A stretch of DNA of 64,000 nt, from the NCBI RefSeq assembly GCF_022539665.2, contig NC_081332.1, positions 3,906,001 to 3,970,000 of the forward strand. The letters run 5' to 3'. Both the position numbers and the translations under genes were made by a program. The notes beneath the pieces were generated by a model. It searched no databases and had not been told where the DNA came from. It saw only the letters and a program-made list of their open reading frames with translations. This document shows positions 52,225-64,000 of the stretch, piece by piece. This DNA comes from Daphnia carinata. Lineage: Eukaryota. Numbering within the stretch: the first letter of the stretch is position 1; each line of letters opens with the position of its first letter.

Positions 52225-53480
52225 ATTTTAAATAATTAATACCATAATACGCGGGAATACACAGGCGACTGATGGAGGAAAATTCAATTCCGTACTTCAA
52301 ATTATTACAGCTTTTCGTCATCACATCCCAACCAGAAACCTTCGCAGGTTCACTATTGCTATTAATCTAAATTAAGAAAATAAAACATAGATAAGCATAA
52401 AACATTCTTATTCATATAGCTTACTTGGTACATAATTCATCGTCTGCCATATTCCTGTAGATTCCTGGCAGGAGCTGCTAAAAGGCTATGCAGTTGCAAA
52501 TGATCACCATGGCCAAAACTTGAATACGAAAGTTTGGAAGAATTCTTCGTGTTGGCCACAGAGATCTTCCATGGGCTTTCCGATTGGACGTTCCATGCAC
52601 CATAAAAAACAGAAAGGTTACAAAGTTGGTTGTTTTGATCACTAAACGTTAAGGTAAACAATGTACCTGGTCTCGGCAGTCTTGACAACAATTTCCAATA
52701 TAACCTCATATCATCTTACTTTATGAAAAATGAATTTGGTAGGCATCAGTTCTAAATAAAAATTATTGCATTCAAATCTTTTGACAGGTGGGATTTAGGA
52801 ATGTTGCCTTAGGGAGTGCAAACCACAATTTTCAAAACCATTAAATACTGTTAGCCATTGAAAGATTACTGCCTGACACAGGCATTCGTTTGGGACATGA
52901 CTAATGAGCTGCTTCATGGATACAGCTCTTTTCTTTTTTAGTCATCTTCGTGATGACATGAATTCCAGCATGTCCTACACATGTATCAGCTTTTAGCAAT
53001 ATATCAATTAAAACAATTAAAATAGTACCACTTTTTAATGTTTTTGACTCCATGATTCATCTTTGTTGCAATTGGGAAGGCAAGGCAACTGATCTATGGT
53101 GATTTATTCATCACACTTGCCGTAACCGTTGTCCCAATGTATCAGCTTTTCTGTCAACAGTAGTTTGCTAATACGACATTGAAGATTAAAATTTGAAAAC
53201 TAAACAACGATTAAAATTAGAAAACTAAACAAACTCAGCGGAAAAGCATCACGAGGGGGGTAACATCTTGCATGTTGACGAAGAATCCTAGGTTTATCAT
53301 GTACATGGCAGAATATCCACATTGCCTGGATGGCGCAATACTTTGCGTAATCACACAAATGATAAGTAAAACATATTGAATTGAAACCAAATTTAACTGA
53401 AGTTTTACCAAACAACCGGCTAGCACCTCGGAATTCCAAAAGTACGCTTACACATTCGTATCAAGCTTTTCCAGCATGTC
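52166..53480 (-). pseudogene. Degenerate multi-exon gene (paralog B), C-terminus ...LKFEVHIWAPFLSVAPFPLDS*; 5' end uncertain
   Basis: The last exon (52366-52166) is fully open for 67 codons. The preceding exon ends GRR*IMYQ|gtaagc with an in-frame TGA. Upstream exons are poorly resolved. Confidence 0.55.
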
Positions 53481-53579
53481 TCACCTTTGCAATTTGTTTG
53501 CTTTTTGCTGGCAGTTGTTTCGGTTGCTGTCACCATCTACCGACCGGTAGATGGTGATGAAGTATATTTGACTTTTCTT

Positions 53580-54545
53580 TTTAAAAATTAAATCATTAAA
53601 TCTAGATTACTATAAATGATTTAAATCAAAATTTAACAAGGAACACGAAAATGACAGTTGTTTTTACGTAGAGTTTATAGTTTTGAGTAATCTAAATATA
53701 AAATTTGTGTGTGTGCGAATCGAAATCATTACTAGCGCGCCAGTACGCTACAGCGCTAGCATGACACATCAAATTTCTTTGATTATTCCAAAACCATAAA
53801 GTCTACGTAAAAACTAATTTCATTTTCGTCTGCCTTGTTAAATTTTGAACCATAATCATACATAGTTACTTGATCTAATGATATTATTTTTTAAGGAAAA
53901 AAAATTTAAGCCCGACAAAATAAGCCCGGCCTTGTTTTTTTTTTGTTTAATTCAAAAACTATAAGGCCAATTAAAAAATAAACTTTATATTCGTGCTTAG
54001 CATTCTATTTTGCATTGAAATCATGTATTTTAAGCCAAATTTGAAATTTGGCCAAAAATAAAAAAGTAAGAAGGCCAGCCTTCCTACTTTTTCAAATTTC
54101 GTCAAACTCTAGATTTAATTTAAAATATGTTATTCCGATTCAGAATTCATCGCTGATCACGAAAATGTGGTATATTTTTATATTGAACTTATAGTTTTTG
54201 AATTAACCGTAGAAAACTAAAAGTCGGGCTTTTGTCAGGCTTATTTTGTCGGGCTTAAAATTTTTTCCTATTAAAAAATAATATCATTAAATCTAATTAA
54301 CTATACATAATTCTGATTCAAAATTTAACAAGGAACACGAAAATGTTATTTGTTTTTACGTAGAGCTTATGGTTTAAGAGTAATCTAAAATATAAAAATA
54401 GGTAAGATAGGAATTTAAGCCCGACAAAAAAATAAGCCAGAGTTTTCCTTGTAAAAAATAATATCATTAAATCTAGATTACTATACATGATTTAAATCAA
54501 AATTTAACAAGGATCACGCAAATGAACTCGGTCTTTACGTAGTCC
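53580..54545. repeat. Foldback-type array: four copies of a roughly 120-bp AT-rich unit (+,-,+,+) and nested inverted segments; probably a DNA transposon end or remnant
   Basis: The unit ATCATTAAATCTAGATTACTATA...AAATTTAACAAGGAACACGAAAATG...TTTACGTAG occurs at about 53580, 53780 (inverted), 54271 and 54452. AAGCCCGACAAAA motifs occur in both orientations, with a hairpin centre at 54061-54092. Confidence 0.8.
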
Positions 54546-55607
54546 CACTTTTTAAATATTCGTCAAATTCTACTTGCAGGACATGAGAGTTCCTCAAACG
54601 TCCGCAACGAACGCCATGTGTGGTGTGGCCCGTATAGAACGCGTAGCGCTAAGACAACAACGTTAACCAGCAAAGGTTGCCACCAAACTGCTGATTACTA
54701 GAAAACTCTAAATTTCTGATATTATTCGTTAAATGCTTAGATTAAATAATAGTAATCTTGGTACCAGAGTGCTCGTCATTTCCGGGGTGCTCAATAAGCT
54801 TGTACACAACCTTCACGCATTTTCACAAGAATAGTACTTCACCACGTTTGTCCTAACTCCTCTCACTATTCCCATTGCTGAGTCACCAGTATTAGCTTAA
54901 ATTTAAAGACGTAAATGCCGCTACCAATACGGTGCCACGATAAAAAAAAAAAAAAACACCGTATACTGTAGTCTGAACGCCGACTTGACTCCTACCCTGC
55001 GATACCATTGCTGCACCTATCGTAGATTTACACCATTGCCAAACGGGACTCAAGTGCCATTCAAGGCGTAACATAATCTCGACGTTCAAACGCATTCTAT
55101 AAACAACAACAGATATCACGGGTTCTGCCTACTTGCCAAGAGCGAAACTCGTACGTAATGCGCAAATGACAAGCAAAATATGTTTGACTAATCCGCGGTT
55201 AAAATATAATCGAGTAGCCTGAAAATATAGTCCAACTGTTAAAGAATATTAAACACCCAGAACAGAAAAATAAGGCAAATTGTTAACAGACATCTTAAAC
55301 ATTAAGAATAAATAAAAAGGCATCAGATTCGGATTAAAACTTGGTTATACTTATCCACGCACAGGAGAAAAAGGAAAAATAGTTTGTCACGTAATATTCA
55401 TCAACATACAAGAAAAAAATCTGGATTGCCTATTCTGGCGAGGCTAAGAACATAAGAATAAGAGAGCGCTTCAAAATTCTGAAAAGTAAAAAAAAATAAT
55501 AAGAAAAAATAATAATAATCATAAAAAATTAAAGGCAACAATTCTTGATGTATCATTAACCACCACGCAGAATGAAAATAGAAACTTGTTTAACTAAGCT
55601 GGGATAA

Positions 55608-57881
55608 TCAAATCCGTTTCCCTCGTCGAGATCTTAATGCTTTTTGTTTAAGCCGTTCACGATATTCTGCCAGCTTTTGTGTGCAGTGCTTTAGGTGTTC
55701 GTAAGGTTCCCACGTATTGTCTTCTTCGCCATAACCTTCCCATGAAACGAGGTATTCATAGTCTTCCTCCTGTGGGTTAGAGTCTTCAACTTTGTAAAGC
55801 AATCGTCGATCTAAAATTTTTCCCACAACGAATTCATTGTCACTCAAGGCCTCATCCGTAGTTGCATTATTTTCCCACACATCTGTTAAATCAAACAGGA
55901 TTAATTGCAAATATATTTGACAACGTGCAATGCAATTTACCAGAGGTGTTATCTAGGTTTTCAAAACCTTTAGCTGCTTCTGCGAGTAAGTCGACATCAG
56001 GCACTTCTCTGACAAAGCGGTCCAGTTCATAATCCATTTCAGGTGTAAAATCGACTCCACTGTCTGGTATGGGGTTCGTAATTGAGTCGTCTCTGCTTCG
56101 TGTCATGCCAGGGACTGCAATCATGTCCCTGCCATGATGAGATACTGGCGTCACATCTATACCGTGTTCTGACACCGGTGTTTCGGGCGTAAAATGATAG
56201 CGGGGGGTGTTACTCGTTTCGTCAAGTTCCCCGACGAGTCCTCGAATGGCAATATCTGTTTCGGTGTCTTTTCGCGAGTTTGCATTACATGATCTTAAAC
56301 GAGTCCTTTTTCTTTGCGAGCTACAAGGTTGGTCTGATTTAGCCGCTTTTGGTTCCGATGTTGATTGATCAGTGTCTGATTCAACTATAGAACGCTTTTT
56401 TGCCTGCTGGGTGTTACAGAAAAAGTCAGTTATTCATCAATAAAGGTTACGAAGTAGCAAACATACCTTAGACTTCTGTGTTCTGACACGATGAAGTTCA
56501 TTGCCGACAGCGTTTGCAACCCATTTGCGAGAAACGATGGCTACGGCAGCTCGAATAAAGATTTCGCGACATTTCAGCATAGTATCAAAAGAACCTGCAA
56601 ACCAGAGTTCATCCAGCTCGTTGTGCAAATGTTCCTCATGTTGCACTAAAAATCAAAGAAACTGTCAGGGTATTGGAGGTTTTTTTTAAACATTATAATA
56701 ACATACTTAGGTTTTGACTGATTGGTTGATTTTTCAACTGTTTCAAAAAAACTTCCTTCCATAATGAGCGGGCTAGCTGATCCATAGCAGCTTGGTCCAT
56801 TTTCTGTTTGAGTTCGACCCGTGGTGGTGCGCAGCAGGTTTGAATATGCAGTTGAAATGGGGGTATATGGTGGAAGAGCTCAAGGCAGTAATTGCATATT
56901 AGCAATGGGGAACTGCGCGCGTAGTCCAGACAGCCTTAAAGGTTAAAAGAACAAGATGGGAAATTTGGTGGTTGTAGCACAAATAAATATAACTGCCCGT
57001 TTTACTTTTAAGTGTGTCTATGTCTAACATGCCACGGATTTCCTTCTCGCCTGCTTGCCCAAAGCCACTAAAAACATTTTGGAACGCCTCGTCTTGAAGA
57101 ATTAATCAATTAAACAAGGTAAACCAGATAATAATACAAAAGAACGTACCGATCTCATCTTCGTTAGGTTCTTGCAATGGCATGACCTCCGACGTCCTTG
57201 TTAAAATGGTCTCAGTTCGAATCGAATTTTGCTCGTTGGTTGAACACCTTTCATTGTAACTAGTGGTGGGCGTGGCCATCAGTTGGTCTTGACCAATCAA
57301 CGATACGCCGGCTCTGTTACCAATATCCAACAGTGTTACTGCTAGATAAAAAAATTTCGTCCTTTTTGGAACTCTGAAAGTAAACAAGAAAATCTTATAC
57401 ATGAAATATACCGGGGTTTTTTGTGCCATCTTCACATTGTCTCATCTGATTACTGCAATCGAGGAGAGTTCCATTTATAGGTGCATCTACAACAACATGT
57501 CCTATTAGATGTCGAACGGCTGCAAAAAAAATAAAATAAATAAATAAATTATTGTACCATACCCCAATCTGAAGATCGAAAACTTTGGTTCTCGCTGACG
57601 GGCTGATGTTCCGAATTCGGTTCAAGAGGAGTATTCGATAACTGATTCATATCAAATACGACTTCTCCATTATGATTTAGCAAATTGTAGATCTCGTTAA
57701 CTTGGCCGGTAGAGTTCCGACAAAACTCATCCAATCCAGGCAATGAGGGTAAGCTAGTCCCATCAAGTAAGACACTAGCATCAGCACCAGCTAGACTCAT
57801 TACATCATCTGGAAACATGGTGCATGAACTGGATTCCTTATCCAGGTTGCTGTCAGTCACTGCGAACACTGAAGAACTCAT
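55608..57881 (-). CDS. Multi-exon protein with a C2H2/C2HC-like finger and a C-terminal chromodomain
   Basis: Finger CNYCLELFHHIPPFQLHIQTC; chromodomain FVVGKILDRR...YEYLVSWEGYGEEDNTWEPYEHL. The 3' junctions that were checked keep frame. Confidence 0.75.
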
Positions 57882-59911
57882 GATGAATCATATAGCGACT
57901 GTGGACCACATATATAGAAAAATCAGCAAACACTTCAGTTACCATCAGGCCTTTCAGTTTTACTCATGCCTTATATGTATTCATGCTTCAAGCATTATAT
58001 CGTCTTTTATTAAGGCACTGTTGCCTTCATCAAATCTTCACACATTTCATTAAACTTAACAAACTGGTTTTTAGTTTACTGGAAACAACTATGGAGACCT
58101 ACGTGCAAGAGATTACCTATAAGCCACCAAAATTTGTTTTTCTTGACAACGTAGTTGTTAAAATTCAAACAATCATGTTTCCAAGGAGTAAATGAATTCA
58201 TTTCATGAATTCAAGGAGAAAAAAATTTAGTTTCCATGCCAAGTTCATGAACTCTGAAACAAAGGAGTGTCGTAATCGCTAATGCTTTACACGTTCGAAA
58301 TTTACGTTGAAAATAAACAAGCATCGGTTGAAAGCACAGCCTGAAAAAGAAAACTTAACAAATGTTTACCTTTTACTTTCATAGGTCACTCGATGAGACG
58401 CCAATAAACAAGTTGAAAGCAACAATGAATACTGCCACCAACTAACGGTTAGTTCAAAACAAGTCAAACCACGTGTCGACTGATCTTCGTCACTTTAAAA
58501 GATTGAATATCTTGAAGTAATGTCCAGATAATCCATGAAATTATCTTAATTGTTCGGAATCTAGAATACAGTTTTATGTTTTAGAATACTTCGAATTTCA
58601 TATTTTCAGTGCAACCGACATAACTGTTCTCATGCTGTCTACTATTTCTGTTGCTGGCGGCATTCTGACTTTGTCATAAAGAGGGGGCGAGCATCACATG
58701 CAAGGGGTATGGGTATTCTGCATTCTTTTTCAGCACGACCCAAGAGCGCTGTTGCAATCCTTTAATAAATATAATCTACTGTTAAATGGCAATAATTCTG
58801 TTATTTTGGTTACGGTTTAAATTCACGCTTAAAATATTTCGCTGTTTATAGAAGTTTAATTAGTTTACGTTGCTTAAGTTTAAAAAAAGATGACCAATCT
58901 TTTTGTCCAGTGCGGCAATCCATCAAACAGTCAACATTTACGAATTACATCATTAGTTTTCGTGCTTTTACCAAGTAAATGGATAAAAATTGAATAGCAT
59001 GAATAGACATCTCGTATGGAACTGGCTAAGAGTTTTCTGTGTATTCGCATTTTAATAAACACAAAGAAAAACTGCCACTTGTTAGAATGTCTCGAATTGG
59101 GGAAACAAAAATAAAGTGAAGCTCCCCTTCGAACAAGGCACACTCATATGATTGGTAAAGATCAAAATGCCGGAAAGAAACAAACAGAGAGCAACATGAT
59201 AAAATAAAGGCCCTAAATAAAGAAGGGTAGAGTGAAGGCCCATCGACAGGGGGAAAAAATTCTATAAAAAATGATAGAACTCGCAATTGAAAGAATATCC
59301 AGGTGTAGCAATTGGAGGCTGATGTTAGAATAACGAGAGTTACTATATACACTACCCAACTATCACATACCGGCAATTTTTGCTGAGAGAAAAACAAAAT
59401 AAAAGAAAAAAATAATTAAACTTGCTGCCTAAAATTGAAGGTATTGTGAATAAGAAAGGGGAAGACGAAGTAAAACAACCAATTGAAATGTGCACGCTTC
59501 TCGCCCCTCCCCCCCCCCCCCCCCCCAAGATTGGAGATGGATCTTAGCCAACAAGTTTACCCATCATAAGACAGATTTTTTGTAACATATATAAGTATGC
59601 ATAAATTGTTCCCCTCCCCAGTGTAAGGCATCAAATTTTATATTTCGATTTGTTCAACCAGCCGGTGTTAAAAATAGAAAAAAACGAAAGAGGTCTAGTG
59701 TGCATACAATTACAACATGCACGACACTCCAATGGAGGGCAGGGTGAAATAAGGAAATGATGATTAATTTGGGTTCTTCTTATTGCCAACGCTGATGGCA
59801 ATGGTTCGTCTGACATAAGACATCCCAGGTGAAAGTCGGGGCTAGCAGTGAATGGGTGCGCATAATCTGAAGGCAACCTGTATAGTACAAGGCAGGACTC
59901 GATGTTTTCAT

Positions 59912-62479
<2,568 letters not shown>

Positions 62480-63054
62480 TCTCCGTTTCTTTTTACGACT
62501 GACACTATGAGTAGACACTTGTTCCACTCAACTTTTACAGACCACTTGTTGTAGACAGCTGAGCTTCGTCAAATCAGCCTTTCCCTGCTCACCATGGAGT
62601 TTGATACGGCAACAGCGTTGCCGAATATGTAAACGCTCCCTGAAATAGCAAAAACCTTCGTCATCCTTTCCGGCTCAATTGTTATTGCTTAATTCTGTGA
62701 CAATTTTTAATCACTTGTTAATTACCCATAGAAAGAAACCCATTTTAATAAATCAGTTAACCACATAACGCTTTAGCCTATTTGACGTCAGGTAGAAGAA
62801 TATGAATAATGCTCGCATTTTTCAAATGTTTATTTCATGAATAAGCGGTGATGTAATGAAAATCAATGTTTTATTCTCTCGATTTCGCAACAAATAAAAC
62901 TGTACAGCATCTATATGTTTCAGAGGAACTGCCTTGCATGACAGATAACCTTATCGTATGTTAAAGCTTTAACGGATGGATTTCGAAAAGCGCTGTTAAT
63001 TTTCTGAATTGCACTTGATAAGACATGAGCATGCTTTACACCAATGTCTAATAT

Positions 63055-63960
63055 TTAAAGTTCTATACGTGTAGGTGATTTTCTTGGTCTAATGTCGGAC
63101 GGCTTGAAAACGACTACGTTTGGAGCTTTCACAGTTGACCTTAAATGAGTCGGTACATCCTTTCCAGAAGGATCCGGATCGGCTAAGCTGATACTGGACA
63201 TGGCAGATCTGGAAAGAAATCCTTATGAAAAGTTTTAATAGCTGAAACAATTATATTAAAACTTACACTTTGAAAGTTTTTGTATCTTTGTTCGTCAAAT
63301 CGCATTCTAGTGCGAAAGCTCCGTCTCCAGGCATAATGAGCTCTTTATCGTGCTGGAGAATCAATGTAATTTGAAATTTCTCTCCATTCTGAAAAAAAAC
63401 AAAATAGTTAAAATATCTAAAAGACTACCAGAATGCTTAATGGTCTTACATCCTCAACGTTACATTCATCGTATGGTATCCTAAGCCGGAAACGACGCCC
63501 ACCGTTAGCATCTAAAAAGCATGGTGGCTTCCGTGAATAAAAGCTACCTAAACGCCAGAAAAAAGTGAATGTTTGTCTCCACAAAAGATATTTTTATTGT
63601 TTTACCTCTGGTATATAGTACTCCCTTGAAATCTGCTTGTGTCTCAATGACAACTTGGAAGTTATTGCTCCCACAATCCAGTCGGATCTGGTCAAATCCT
63701 GATGCTGTTACACCAATGTTCATTCGTCCAGTCACATCTCCCCTCCATAGTTCTGAAATCAGAAGAAATCAAAACGAATTATTATCTAAACATAGCAGCT
63801 AGCAGTGTATCTATAACATTACAGAAAATGACTTTGGATTGTGTTGGCTAGAGGCCAAGAAAGGAAAAACGCTTGGTGATTCACCTTCGGCCAACGATGT
63901 TAAAGTACACAACAGCAACCATGCCAGACACAAAAACAGTGAATAAAGATGAAAAAACAT
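63055..63960 (-). CDS. Small secreted protein with a single ZP-N (cuticlin-like) domain
   Basis: Signal peptide MFFHLYSLFLCLAWLLL, then LDCGSNNFQV...FKGVLYTRG...PCF...IPYDECNV...LILQHD...LEC (four-Cys ZP-N pattern). Ends TRIEL*. Confidence 0.75.
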
Positions 63961-64000
63961 TTTAACACCACAGTCTCTTAATAATTTCAATACTAAGATG

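Overview
Eukaryotic, intron-rich arthropod genomic DNA. The short introns, long A/T homopolymers and gene set suggest a branchiopod crustacean such as Daphnia (inference). Conserved genes in order: Doa/CLK LAMMER kinase with several alternative N-termini (+), a mucin-like type I membrane protein (+), GLTP (-), a large acidic AT-hook/C2H2 protein (+), FAM214/Atossa (-), TAF5L (+), Elongin A (-), PDIA6 (+), AURKAIP1/mS38 (+), C8orf33-like (-), PLXDC (-) and a ZP-N-only protein (-). An accessory island of about 12.5 kb (about 46.2-58.8 kb) lies between C8orf33 and PLXDC. Its most unusual feature is a pair of convergent, strongly diverged and degenerate paralogous genes. Their last 18 codons plus about 330 nt of 3' sequence are about 98% identical and form a roughly 390-bp inverted repeat that folds into serial hairpins, with G-U pairs favouring the mRNA strand. 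The island also holds three degenerate tDNA-like units, a piggyBac-like MITE with a structured interior, a 23-bp minisatellite, a foldback array and an apparently intact zinc-finger/chromodomain gene. Exon boundaries were read by eye; no database searches were run.
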